64,000 nucleotides of DNA from IMG/VR virus record IMGVR_UViG_3300020371_000006. One strand, written 5' to 3'. The translations under genes were made by a program, and so were the position numbers. The stretch comes from an uncultured virus (IMG/VR IMGVR_UViG_3300020371_000006) (taxonomy: Duplodnaviria; Heunggongvirae; Uroviricota; Caudoviricetes; Kyanoviridae). Each line of letters begins with the position of its first letter. The stretch's first letter is position 1. The notes beneath the pieces are model-generated. The model was not told the origin of the DNA. It saw only the letters and a program-made list of their open reading frames with translations, and ran no database searches. Shown here piece by piece: positions 38,967 through 47,999 of the stretch.

Positions 38967-39904
38967 GTGGTTTCCTGTGGTGTGAGCAGTATCGTCCGCG
39001 TGTTGTGGATGACTGCATTCTGCCTGAGAACATTAAGAGTGTTCTGAACAAGTTCGTGGACAAGGGTGAGATTCCAAATCTCCTCCTGTCTGGTCCACCA
39101 GGTATCGGCAAGACCACTGTCGCTAAAGCACTTTGCGAACAACTTGGAGCAGACTATTATGTCATCAACGGATCCGACGAAGGTCGATTCCTCGATACTG
39201 TCAGAAACAATGCGAAGAACTTCGCTTCAACCGTATCGCTTGCGTCATCTGCTAAACACAAAGTCATCATCATTGATGAGGCAGATAACACAACCCCTGA
39301 TGTTCAACTCCTCCTACGGGCGTCTATTGAGGAGTTTAGCAACAACTGCAGATTTATCTTTACCTGCAACTACAAAAACAAAATCATCGAACCGCTCCAC
39401 AGTCGATGTTCTGTTATCGAGTTTGCAATCAACGGAAAAGAAAAGCAACAACTCGCAGCAAACTTTTTCAAGCGTGTCCAGTCCATCCTTGAAGAAAACA
39501 AAGTCGATGCCGAACCTCGCGTTCTGGCGGCGCTAGTCCAAAAGTATTTCCCCGACTTTCGTCGGACTCTGAATGAACTCCAACGTTATTCTTCCATTGG
39601 TAAGATTGACACTGGCATTCTTAGTGTTGTATCTGACACTAAACTTGATGACCTTGTAACTTTCCTGAAGAATAAGGAGTTTACTAAGATGAAGAAATGG
39701 GTTGTGCAGAATCTCGATCACGAACCTACTCAAATTATGAGGAACATTTATGATAGTCTCTACACGCATTTTCAACCCCAATCTATTCCTGAAGCAGTTC
39801 TTGTCATCGGTGAATACCAGTACAAGTCTGCTTTCGTTGCCGATCACGAGATCAACCTGGTGGCGTTTTTAACTGAACTAATGATGAGGTGTCAATTCAA
39901 ATGA
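38963..39904 (+). CDS. g44: Clamp loader large subunit gp44
   Basis: LWCEQYRP, GPPGIGKTT, IIDEAD, SRC, FPDFRR motifs. Confidence 0.97.
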   Translation: MSGFLWCEQYRPRVVDDCILPENIKSVLNKFVDKGEIPNLLLSGPPGIGKTTVAKALCEQLGADYYVINGSDEGRFLDTVRNNAKNFASTVSLASSAKHKVIIIDEADNTTPDVQLLLRASIEEFSNNCRFIFTCNYKNKIIEPLHSRCSVIEFAINGKEKQQLAANFFKRVQSILEENKVDAEPRVLAALVQKYFPDFRRTLNELQRYSSIGKIDTGILSVVSDTKLDDLVTFLKNKEFTKMKKWVVQNLDHEPTQIMRNIYDSLYTHFQPQSIPEAVLVIGEYQYKSAFVADHEINLVAFLTELMMRCQFK

Positions 39905-40191
39905 ATGTAAAAGTTATTCGTATGTGGTCTGGTGAAGATGTTGTCACCGACGTTGTTAAAGAAGACGATGAGAGTATCACGATTGTGAACCCTATCGTTG
40001 CTATCCCTAGCGGACAAGGTACTCTTGGTTTTGCTCCTTGGGCACCTATCATTAAGAAAGGTGGTACTGAGATTACCATTCCAAAGTCTTACGTGGTATA
40101 CTTGCTTGATACTCAAGACGGTATTATTGATCAGTACAAAGAGATGTTCTCTGCCATCAAAACACCCGATAAAAAGAAACTAATCCTATGA
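39901..40191 (+). CDS. Hypothetical protein, possible Sm-like fold
   Basis: VKVIRMWSGEDVV, GFAPW motifs. Confidence 0.7.
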   Translation: MNVKVIRMWSGEDVVTDVVKEDDESITIVNPIVAIPSGQGTLGFAPWAPIIKKGGTEITIPKSYVVYLLDTQDGIIDQYKEMFSAIKTPDKKKLIL

Positions 40192-40370
40192 TGTATTTTG
40201 CTCAAGCATCGTTGGACCTCAACGAAGCGTGGAATATGAGTTGGGGTGAGGGTATCCAATTCATTATTGTTCTGGTTGCTCTCTACTACACTAAGAAGCG
40301 GATTGATTTGTACTTCGCAAAGAAGACCGCAAAGTCTACAGTTTACAAAGTTAAAATCGTAGAAGACTAA
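40188..40370 (+). CDS. Small membrane protein
   Basis: Coupled ORF with one TM helix. Confidence 0.55.
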   Translation: MMYFAQASLDLNEAWNMSWGEGIQFIIVLVALYYTKKRIDLYFAKKTAKSTVYKVKIVED

Positions 40371-40978
40371 TGCATCCTTATCCGAAGCAGTACAATTTTG
40401 TTGATGCACTTACTGACATTCGTTCTGTAATTCATCTCATCGGACTCCACGGTTCAAACCTTATCGGTTTGGAGGTTGGGGTCTTTCGTGCTGAAAGTCA
40501 TTGCACCATTCTCCAGAACTGTCCTAACGTCAAGAAACTGTATGGTATCGATAACTGGAAACCATACACAGACTATCTAAATCCAAACGATAGTGGCATC
40601 CCTGATAAGTGGAACGCAGTGCCAACTAATAGCACGAATGATTCCGAGATGGAGTTGGTTGAGTTTACTGCTAAGCACAATATCAAATGGTCTGGCGAGA
40701 GTCAGAGATCTGAATTGTGGAAAGGTGATGCTCATCATCTTGTGGATAGATGTGATGATGGTACCTTTGATTTTATTTTTCTAGATGCTTGGTTGAATTA
40801 CGATCAAGTTCTTCAAGAACTCTATGACTGGTATCCTAAAGTTAAGACTGGTGGTTTGTTCATTGGTCACGATTATCATTGTGAGGCAGTTCGTAGAGCG
40901 GTAGAAGTCTACCGTGAGGATGAGGACATCAACAACCATATGTCTACATACGATGGAACCTTCGTTTGGAGGAAATGA
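40370..40978 (+). CDS. Class I SAM-dependent methyltransferase
   Basis: LEVGV, YGID, FDFIFLDA, GGLFIGHDY motifs. Confidence 0.88.
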   Translation: MHPYPKQYNFVDALTDIRSVIHLIGLHGSNLIGLEVGVFRAESHCTILQNCPNVKKLYGIDNWKPYTDYLNPNDSGIPDKWNAVPTNSTNDSEMELVEFTAKHNIKWSGESQRSELWKGDAHHLVDRCDDGTFDFIFLDAWLNYDQVLQELYDWYPKVKTGGLFIGHDYHCEAVRRAVEVYREDEDINNHMSTYDGTFVWRK

Positions 40979-41613
40979 AAAAGCATAACATTTTTCCAGT
41001 TGAAATCTACACCTTCGAGAATACAGATCTAGTAGACCCAACCTTAGACGCACTAGATCCTATTGAGAGGGGTGAGTTTAATCTTCCTTCACCAGTCCAG
41101 ACAACCAGAGGTAACCTGCACACTCTTCCGCAGTTCAAACCTCTGTTTGACTGGATTCATTCGTGTCTGGATCAGATACAAAAGGCAGAAGAGTATGAGA
41201 TGTATGGGAGGTTTGAGGTTTCTCTTGCTTGGGGTAACGTATCATTCCCTCATAGCGGCGGATGCCATCAACCACACCGACACCCCCTATCTTATTGGTC
41301 TGGGGTCTACTGCCTCTCTGAGGGGCATCCTACGATGTTTCAGGACCCCTGCTGGGCACGTTCCTTTAATCAGATGGAAGTGATTACATCTACCTATCTG
41401 AATGCCGTACCAGCACCCGTCTACAGTCCTGGTACATTGATTGTCTGGCCAAGTTGGTTGTTGCATTTCTCCGCACCACACTTTGGTAACGAGTTTCGTG
41501 CTAATATTGCTTGGAACGCAATCCCAACTGGACCAGTAAACTTCGGACCTTACGGTCAGAATATGGTAAACCTAAAACTCGTACACGATGAAGAACCTGA
41601 AAACACCCCTTAG
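40975..41613 (+). CDS. 2OG-Fe(II) oxygenase (HxH type)
   Basis: WGN..HRH..WSGVY..WPSWLLH..RANIAWN. Confidence 0.85.
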   Translation: MKKHNIFPVEIYTFENTDLVDPTLDALDPIERGEFNLPSPVQTTRGNLHTLPQFKPLFDWIHSCLDQIQKAEEYEMYGRFEVSLAWGNVSFPHSGGCHQPHRHPLSYWSGVYCLSEGHPTMFQDPCWARSFNQMEVITSTYLNAVPAPVYSPGTLIVWPSWLLHFSAPHFGNEFRANIAWNAIPTGPVNFGPYGQNMVNLKLVHDEEPENTP

Positions 41614-42469
41614 ATACCCTGGCGGTAAGTCCCGTGCAGCAAAGATGTTAGTGGGTAAGTTTCCTACTGGCATCGAAGAGTTCCGTGAACCATTCTTGGG
41701 TGGTGGAAGTGTTGCAATCGAGTTTACAAAACAGAACCCAGAGACGCCTGTATGGGTAAATGACAAATACTATTACCTATATAATTTTTGGGTGCAACTC
41801 CAAGAACGTGGTGAAGACTTGTGTGAAGCACTGCTTGCAATCAAGAGTGAATCAAATACTGTAGAAAGAGCAAAGGAAGTATTCCTTCTTGCCAAGGATG
41901 TGATTGCAGATAGAGATGAGTTTCAACAGGCAGTGTATTTTTATGTACTGAACAAGTGCTCCTTCTCAGGTCTAACTGAGAACTCTTCTTTCTCTGGTCA
42001 AGCATCCAACTCCAACTTTAGTGTTCGCTCTATTAAGAAACTTCCTCAGTTCTCTGAGATGATTCAGCACTGGCACATCACTAATGTTGACTACTCACGA
42101 TTACTCTTAGACGATTATGGAAACGGAGAATCGACATTTTGTTTCTTGGATCCTCCATACGATATTAAAGATTTCCTCTACGGTGGAAAGGGAGGCACTA
42201 TGCACAAAGGATTTGACCACCATATGTTTGCAGAAACCTGCAAGAAGTCCCCGCATAACTGGTTGATCACATACAACTCAAACGAAAATACTCGTGCATT
42301 GTTTGAGTCATACAACTTGACTGAGTGGGACTTTACCTATACTATGAGATCTACAGGTTCATACAACGTTGACCAATCAAAACGTAAAGAGTTGATGGTC
42401 ACAAACTATAAGAACCTTTCCCCTATTGAAGAACTTCTTGATGAGCAAACAGCAGTACCCCCTCGGTGA
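41588..42469 (+). CDS. dam: DNA adenine methyltransferase (Dam-like)
   Basis: PLRYPGGKS, EPFLGGGSV, DPPY, ELMVTNY motifs. Confidence 0.92.
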   Translation: MKNLKTPLRYPGGKSRAAKMLVGKFPTGIEEFREPFLGGGSVAIEFTKQNPETPVWVNDKYYYLYNFWVQLQERGEDLCEALLAIKSESNTVERAKEVFLLAKDVIADRDEFQQAVYFYVLNKCSFSGLTENSSFSGQASNSNFSVRSIKKLPQFSEMIQHWHITNVDYSRLLLDDYGNGESTFCFLDPPYDIKDFLYGGKGGTMHKGFDHHMFAETCKKSPHNWLITYNSNENTRALFESYNLTEWDFTYTMRSTGSYNVDQSKRKELMVTNYKNLSPIEELLDEQTAVPPR

Positions 42470-42836
42470 TTATCTAAACAGTGTAAACTTCACCAAGGAA
42501 GATCTACGTGAACGTGGTCCTGACTGGATGAGGAAGTATCCCGCATACATTGTGAACCGTTGTCTCTCGGGTCACGTGGATGCGGTTCTTTATGCAAACG
42601 AGATGAATCGCCTTCATCATCTCGATAATGATGTTCAATATTCGTTTTATCTAAATAGTCTGAGAAAGAAACGCCGTTTTTCTCCCTGGCAAAAGAAAGA
42701 GCAGGTCGAAGATCTCGCTCTCATCAAAGACTACTTCAAGTATTCAGATGAAAAAGCACGGGATGCGTTACGAATTCTGACTAAAGATCAGATTGAATTG
42801 ATTAAATCTAAAATGAATACTGGAGGCAAAGGATGA
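42441..42836 (+). CDS. g62: Clamp loader small subunit gp62
   Basis: YPAYIVNRCLS, LYANEMN, RKKRRFSPW motifs; adjacent to regA. Confidence 0.92.
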   Translation: MSKQQYPLGDYLNSVNFTKEDLRERGPDWMRKYPAYIVNRCLSGHVDAVLYANEMNRLHHLDNDVQYSFYLNSLRKKRRFSPWQKKEQVEDLALIKDYFKYSDEKARDALRILTKDQIELIKSKMNTGGKG

Positions 42837-43261
42837 CCGAGGGAGAACACGAGATCTCTTGGAATGTCGATATGATGGTTGAGGTCTCGTTACGTCAACC
42901 CGACGATTTTCTAAAAGTTAGAGAGACACTTACACGGATTGGTGTGGCATCACGTAAGGAAAAGAAACTTTTCCAGTCTTGTCATATCCTTCATAAGAAA
43001 GGTAAGTATTACATTGTACACTTCAAAGAATTGTTCGCGCTAGATGGAAAGCACGCGAATTTAACTTCTAACGATGTAGAACGCCGAAACAGAATTACAA
43101 AACTATTGTCTGATTGGGGTCTAGTTGATATTGCATCACCAGAATCTCTGGGTGAACTTGCACCATTGAATCAGATCAAAGTTATCTCCTATAAGGATAA
43201 GGGCGAGTGGATTCTTGAGTCCAAATATAACATTGGCAAAAAGAAATCTGGCGAAGACTAA
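42833..43261 (+). CDS. regA: Translational repressor RegA
   Basis: PDDFLKVRETLTRIG, QSCHILHK, YYIVHFKELF motifs. Confidence 0.97.
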   Translation: MTEGEHEISWNVDMMVEVSLRQPDDFLKVRETLTRIGVASRKEKKLFQSCHILHKKGKYYIVHFKELFALDGKHANLTSNDVERRNRITKLLSDWGLVDIASPESLGELAPLNQIKVISYKDKGEWILESKYNIGKKKSGED

Positions 43262-43264
43262 ATA
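43258..43264 (+). promoter_or_regulatory. Late promoter (CTAAATA)
   Basis: Overlaps the regA stop codon, upstream of ORF 43287. Confidence 0.6.
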
Positions 43265-43286
43265 GAGCTGCCACTCATACAATCAA

Positions 43287-43733
43287 ATGTCTGAAGTAAA
43301 ACAGGAGGAACCCAAAAAGAAGGGTATCTTCGGTAAACTTAAAGAGGCATCTGAAGACAAGGAAGAGCAACTAGCAATTCTGTCTACGTTTGTAAGGTTG
43401 GGAATTTTAGTATGGTCTGGTGGCATCCTAACTCTAGCGTATGTAGATCTTCCTAAAGCACTTCAGTTTCCTGAGCAAGATCTCGATCCGACCTTCATAG
43501 CCTCCGTGTTTACTGGGGTTTTAGCTACGTTCGGGGTTCAAACGGCTAAGAAATCAGGTGACGGCACTATGAAAATGAATGGTGCTAACGCTGCCGCTGC
43601 TGCCGCTGGTGGTATCACTAAAGCAGATTTGGAAAAACTGATTGAAGCTGCAAAATCTTCTGGTCCTGTTCAAACTATTAAAGTTGAACAAGCACCACTT
43701 AAGATTACTACAGATGACACTTACAAAATGTGA
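43287..43733 (+). CDS. Hypothetical two-TM membrane protein
   Basis: Hydrophobic segments VRLGILVWSGGILTLAYV and FIASVFTGVLATFGV. Confidence 0.7.
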   Translation: MSEVKQEEPKKKGIFGKLKEASEDKEEQLAILSTFVRLGILVWSGGILTLAYVDLPKALQFPEQDLDPTFIASVFTGVLATFGVQTAKKSGDGTMKMNGANAAAAAAGGITKADLEKLIEAAKSSGPVQTIKVEQAPLKITTDDTYKM

Positions 43734-43978
43734 TTATGCAGAAAATTATTAACGTATTAGCAGTCATTTCGTTCTTAGGAACTGCCAGCATTATTGGTGC
43801 TGGTACAGTTGTTTATCTCAATAGAGAAGCACTTGCCGAACAAGCAAGAGAACGCATCACTAAGGCTGCAGCAGGAGCAATCGCTGATGCACTCCCTGGA
43901 ATGTTGGATTCAGCAATTCCTGATGCATTGCCTGGAGCAACTGAAGGACCTGTACCTATTCAAGTACCAGGATTATGA
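43730..43978 (+). CDS. Hypothetical membrane-anchored protein
   Basis: N-terminal TM helix; start probably at MQKII. Confidence 0.65.
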   Translation: MIMQKIINVLAVISFLGTASIIGAGTVVYLNREALAEQARERITKAAAGAIADALPGMLDSAIPDALPGATEGPVPIQVPGL

Positions 43979-44544
43979 AACCGCTAAAGACTGTTGCGAT
44001 TGCCGCAGGCAGTCTATTTGCAGTAGCTCACATTGGATTGCTGGGTTATCTGATTAAAGATAACTCAGTTCCAGAGTTCCCTGCAATTCAGTTTCCCAAT
44101 GGAGACTACTCTTCCTATAAGGTAGAGGCAACCAGAGATGGTTACAAGATCGAATACAAAGCAAACGATCCAACAGTCCTTGAGTCTGATAGATCTCTGA
44201 CTCTAGATAAGGACAAGCGTGGACTGTTTGGTCCTACAACAGAAATGCGTCGTGAGTTCCGTCGTGACCAATACACGATGGATGGTGTTCGCAATATCGG
44301 AGGTAACGTCTCAGACGCTGAGGGAAAGAACCTTGCAAAAAGCGAAGAGTGTATCAGGGCGGACGCTGGCGCACGGTCTCAAGGTGCAATGGCAGGAACT
44401 AGCATTGCCGCTGGCATTGCTGTCCCAGCAGTCTCTAGCATCCCATATATTGGATGGTTAGCAGGTGGTTGGGCAATGCTGTTAGGTCAGAACATTGGTT
44501 CCGAAGTTGGTTCACAAGTTGGTGAAGCATTCACAGATTGCTAA
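43975..44544 (+). CDS. Hypothetical membrane protein with glycine zipper
   Basis: N-terminal TM; C-terminal GxxxG-rich segment bracketed by two Cys. Confidence 0.7.
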   Translation: MKPLKTVAIAAGSLFAVAHIGLLGYLIKDNSVPEFPAIQFPNGDYSSYKVEATRDGYKIEYKANDPTVLESDRSLTLDKDKRGLFGPTTEMRREFRRDQYTMDGVRNIGGNVSDAEGKNLAKSEECIRADAGARSQGAMAGTSIAAGIAVPAVSSIPYIGWLAGGWAMLLGQNIGSEVGSQVGEAFTDC

Positions 44545-45330
44545 TTACTTTTTCTTTTTCTTCGCACCAAACTTCAAAGGAGACATTCCTTTTTTCTCAC
44601 GATAAGTATTAGTTTGTATCTCAAGTCTGGATAATTTGGGAGGTTCTTTACCTAATAGTTTTTGAACCTTCTTGATTATCTGTTTGACTATTGGTTTAAC
44701 AACCTTCAACAAAAGAGGTGTCGCTGTAGCAGCGGCAGTTGCCACAACAGCAATCGATGCTGTAGTTGTGACCTGTCCTGCTGACGGGATTGCTTTAATG
44801 ATCTGATCAGGTATTTTCAGATCTTCTTTAATAGGAATACATTCCTGACCGATCAATCTATATTCAACAATTTTCTTCTTACCAGAATCCACCAACGTAC
44901 CCACAGGTTCTTTTAGTTGCTGTGCTTCTGTAGGACACTTGATAACTGCACCCGCTGCATCCTTAGGGATCTCGGGTGCATTTGCTTCTGGTGCTTCTGG
45001 TGGTTTAACTGGTGGAACTTCTGCTTCACCAGACCACTTCAACTTACCTGCGTTGTAGTCAATAGGATTGAATGATGGTACGCCTGCATCACAATATACT
45101 TTGACACCTTTAGGATCATCATCAGATAATATTCCACTCCTTTCCCTATCACTATTTTGTTCGTGTGCTTCTACACAGCCAGGGATGTCTACGATAGGCA
45201 CACCTACCTGTGTTGTTACAGGCGGATAGATCGGGACCGCTGTGGGTGGATCCAACAGATAATCAGGCACACTAGGGATTCGGATCTCACCAATATCCTT
45301 ACCCTTGATGTTGATCTCGGGAATATCCAT
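44545..45330 (-). CDS. Hypothetical Pro-rich protein with C-terminal membrane anchor
   Basis: Cys pairs, Ala-rich hydrophobic helix, Lys-rich tail. Confidence 0.7.
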   Translation of the reverse strand: MDIPEINIKGKDIGEIRIPSVPDYLLDPPTAVPIYPPVTTQVGVPIVDIPGCVEAHEQNSDRERSGILSDDDPKGVKVYCDAGVPSFNPIDYNAGKLKWSGEAEVPPVKPPEAPEANAPEIPKDAAGAVIKCPTEAQQLKEPVGTLVDSGKKKIVEYRLIGQECIPIKEDLKIPDQIIKAIPSAGQVTTTASIAVVATAAATATPLLLKVVKPIVKQIIKKVQKLLGKEPPKLSRLEIQTNTYREKKGMSPLKFGAKKKKK

Positions 45331-46130
45331 TAGTTCTTAGGGAGGTCAGGGATGGGGTGTATGTGTGGAACCATAAAGTTCACACCTTTCACTTGTACAT
45401 CCTCACAGATCTTTGCATATTTTGTACCAGGGGCAAAGCGAATTCCAGATTTTAATAATTCTCCGCAATTCTTTAATCTTGCGATCTCAAAATCCAATCT
45501 CTTATTTGCTTGTGCTTGTTGCATCAAAGCAATGTTTGCTTGTGCTGCTTCCTTACAAAGTGCTTGTAGTTTCTTATCTTTTGGAACAGACCACGTTGCA
45601 CTAATACCTACAGAGATGTTGTAGTTATCTTTTTGTCCAGTACGTGTCGGTTGGTAGAATAATATGTCCCCAGGATTATCAGGTGCCCCGTCATCATCTA
45701 AGTCACGCATATCGTACACAGGAGTATCATAGAAATCCTCAAAAGGTTTCTGTGCTGATGCACTACCAGTGATGAAAGGTGTGAAGTTTACAGTTTCACC
45801 TTGACACTGGATCCCTCCCCCATAAGTGTTAGTAATATATGGACCTTGTAAAACCTGGATAGCTTGGTTGGTCACTGAGCCAGAGCTATTTGCCACTGGA
45901 GCTGCAGTAGCAGACACACCACCTACTGATTCTGCATTTACAGGTGATGCTACTAAAGCAGCAATTATTGGGAGAAGATACTTGTGGTATCTGTTACGCT
46001 TGTGACCTCGGTCACTCTTTCGATAATCGTATGGTTTTGCAAACCAGGACCTTTGTACGTCTGCGTGAATTGAAACGCTGCTCCTGGTGTTGTTTGTGTG
46101 AATTGAGGTGTACTTGTCACGCCAGTCCAT
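45330..46130 (-). CDS. Hypothetical exported protein (start uncertain)
   Basis: Signal-like KYLLPIIAALVASPVNA|ES; amphipathic beta strands; four Cys. Confidence 0.65.
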   Translation of the reverse strand: MDWRDKYTSIHTNNTRSSVSIHADVQRSWFAKPYDYRKSDRGHKRNRYHKYLLPIIAALVASPVNAESVGGVSATAAPVANSSGSVTNQAIQVLQGPYITNTYGGGIQCQGETVNFTPFITGSASAQKPFEDFYDTPVYDMRDLDDDGAPDNPGDILFYQPTRTGQKDNYNISVGISATWSVPKDKKLQALCKEAAQANIALMQQAQANKRLDFEIARLKNCGELLKSGIRFAPGTKYAKICEDVQVKGVNFMVPHIHPIPDLPKN

Positions 46131-46408
46131 TGCGAAGTCACTCCGTTAATAGTTACAGTTACAGGTCCTGTCCCTGGAGACAGATTTCCATTAGCGGTTA
46201 CACCACTACCTGTTGCGGAATATTGATAACCAGTTGAGTAGTCCATTGAATTTATGGTCTCGGTTATCTTTGATGTTGTTTCTGTGTGGCTCGTCATTGA
46301 GCCCTGCTGAAAATTTGGGACCACGGGGACCGCCTGGGCAGGTGCAAGTATGGCACTTACACCCACCACAGACAGGACACACCAAAGTATCGTCTTTCCA
46401 GAAGTCAT
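45965..46408 (-). CDS. Hypothetical exported Thr-rich protein
   Basis: Signal peptide ending APAQA; VPVVPNFQQGSM. Confidence 0.7.
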   Translation of the reverse strand: MTSGKTILWCVLSVVGVSAILAPAQAVPVVPNFQQGSMTSHTETTSKITETINSMDYSTGYQYSATGSGVTANGNLSPGTGPVTVTINGVTSQWTGVTSTPQFTQTTPGAAFQFTQTYKGPGLQNHTIIERVTEVTSVTDTTSIFSQ

Positions 46409-46902
46409 CAGTCAATGACGGTGATCTCGCTCACGTATTGACCTGTAGCACTTGTACCTGCCCCACCAGCCGTCACGGTGAGAACACCTGCACTGGTTAC
46501 AGTACCTGCCAGGGTGTCTTTTGTGCCTGCCGCATAAGTCGTAAGTGAACCGAAGTTAGGATTAGCACCCAAAGTTGTAGCACTTGTGGGTACAGCGTCA
46601 GCCTGTGTATAAGATTGACTGAAACTGAATGCTGCTCCAGCAGTATCCTGTGTGGCAGCAATAGTGCCAGGATTGTACACACCAGAGGTGATAGTACCAG
46701 CAGAAACTGTTCCTGCAGTTGACCCGTCCGTAGTATCAATATTTGATCCTGAGATACTGAACGAGGACCCAATTCTTGTGGCAGTAGCACGTGCAGCATC
46801 AACAGTCAGTTGAACACTTGCTGAGTGCTTAGTAACAAGACCACCAGCATATGCGGGTGTTGCCATCAAAATCATTCCAAAAGCTAGTAATGCTTTTTTC
46901 AT
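46408..46902 (-). CDS. Hypothetical exported Thr/Ala/Gly-rich protein
   Basis: Classic signal peptide MKKALLAFGMILMATPAYA. Confidence 0.75.
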   Translation of the reverse strand: MKKALLAFGMILMATPAYAGGLVTKHSASVQLTVDAARATATRIGSSFSISGSNIDTTDGSTAGTVSAGTITSGVYNPGTIAATQDTAGAAFSFSQSYTQADAVPTSATTLGANPNFGSLTTYAAGTKDTLAGTVTSAGVLTVTAGGAGTSATGQYVSEITVID

Positions 46903-46932
46903 TAACCCGTTTAATAAAGTTAGTTCTAAGCC

Positions 46933-46939
46933 TATTTAG
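46933..46939 (-). promoter_or_regulatory. Late promoter (CTAAATA) for the minus-strand operon
   Basis: TATTTAG on the + strand, 30 nt upstream of the ATG at 46902. Confidence 0.6.
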
Positions 46940-47012
46940 CTAAAAGAAATGCTTGCGGAAAACCGAAAATGTAGCGTACGGAACTCCGAACTCTGAGACT
47001 GAAGATATATCA

Positions 47013-47070
47013 ATAAATAACTCGTCGCCTTCGGGGACAACAAAAAAACTATCTCGCTTAATAAGGAGCT
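47013..47070 (+). promoter_or_regulatory. hsp20 late promoter and structured 5' leader (ROSE-like)
   Basis: ATAAATA at 47013; hairpins GTC-G-CC-TTCG-GG-GAC and CTC-G-CTT-AAT-AAG-GAG, the second pairing the SD. Confidence 0.6.
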
Positions 47071-47547
47071 ATGGACATTACTAAGTTTACGTCGAAAGAC
47101 ATCGACGCAATTTTTGATGCGTCAAAAAGATATTCTGTAGGTTTTGATGACCTATTTTATCGCTTGCATTCCTACGGAGTAGGATCACCAGGCGGACAGT
47201 ATCCTCCCTACAACATCATCAAGGAATCTGAGGTTCAATGGAGGATCGAACTAGCACTTGCTGGATGGGACAAGGACGACATTGAAGTGAGCACTGAGAG
47301 CAACGTCCTGCTCATCAAGTCCAAGGCAGCGAAGAACAAGAGTGAGGAGGAGTATCTCCATCGCGGCGTTTCCACTCGTACCTTCGCTAGAGGATTCAAT
47401 CTGAGTGACGATGTTGAAATTGGCACAGTCACCTTCACAAATGGACTTTTGGTGATAGAATTACGGAAGATCATTCCTGATCACCAGAAACTGAAGGTCT
47501 ATGAAATTGATGCTACGGGTGCTGACACACCCAGTGACCCTGTTTAA
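47071..47547 (+). CDS. hsp20: Small heat shock protein Hsp20
   Basis: YPPYNI, IELALAG, YLHRGVSTRTFARGF, NGLLVI alpha-crystallin motifs. Confidence 0.95.
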   Translation: MDITKFTSKDIDAIFDASKRYSVGFDDLFYRLHSYGVGSPGGQYPPYNIIKESEVQWRIELALAGWDKDDIEVSTESNVLLIKSKAAKNKSEEEYLHRGVSTRTFARGFNLSDDVEIGTVTFTNGLLVIELRKIIPDHQKLKVYEIDATGADTPSDPV

Positions 47548-47695
47548 TGGATTGCTAGTGGGGACTTTGATCGTGATAGGACTCTTGCACAATCACGCTC
47601 ACTACACTATGGAAGTTGATGCAGATTCTTATGTCAGAAACTGGTGTAAGAAGAACCCAGACACTTGTGAAAGTTTCATCAGTGACGATTACTGA
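47510..47695 (+). CDS. Hypothetical membrane protein
   Basis: TM helix; HNHAHY...WCKKN. Confidence 0.55.
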   Translation: MLRVLTHPVTLFNGLLVGTLIVIGLLHNHAHYTMEVDADSYVRNWCKKNPDTCESFISDDY

Positions 47696-47711
47696 TATAT
47701 AGTGTGCAACT

Positions 47712-47742
47712 AAAGAGACCACCCTGACGGGGGTCTCTTTTT
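47712..47742 (+). terminator. Rho-independent terminator
   Basis: AAAGAGACC...GGTCTCTTT stem followed by Ts. Confidence 0.8.
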
Positions 47743-47756
47743 GTTTGGAGGTGAAA

Positions 47757-47999
47757 ATGAACCACTATGTAAATTGTACGCCCAAGTCGTGTGAGGAATA
47801 CGAAAGTGTAACGCTTGACATCCCTACCGAATTTGTCGATGAGGTGCTATACTATGCACGTACACTTGCTGATGAAAAAAACATTCAGCAGCGTCGTGCT
47901 TTTGGTGACCTTGTTCGCAATGTTTATCAACAACTAACTGAAAAATCCTATGACCGTAAAAATCGTAAGAATGGTAAACGGCGAGGACGTGATCGCTGA
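47757..47999 (+). CDS. Hypothetical protein
   Basis: GGAGG ribosome-binding site upstream of MNHYVNC. Confidence 0.55.
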   Translation: MNHYVNCTPKSCEEYESVTLDIPTEFVDEVLYYARTLADEKNIQQRRAFGDLVRNVYQQLTEKSYDRKNRKNGKRRGRDR

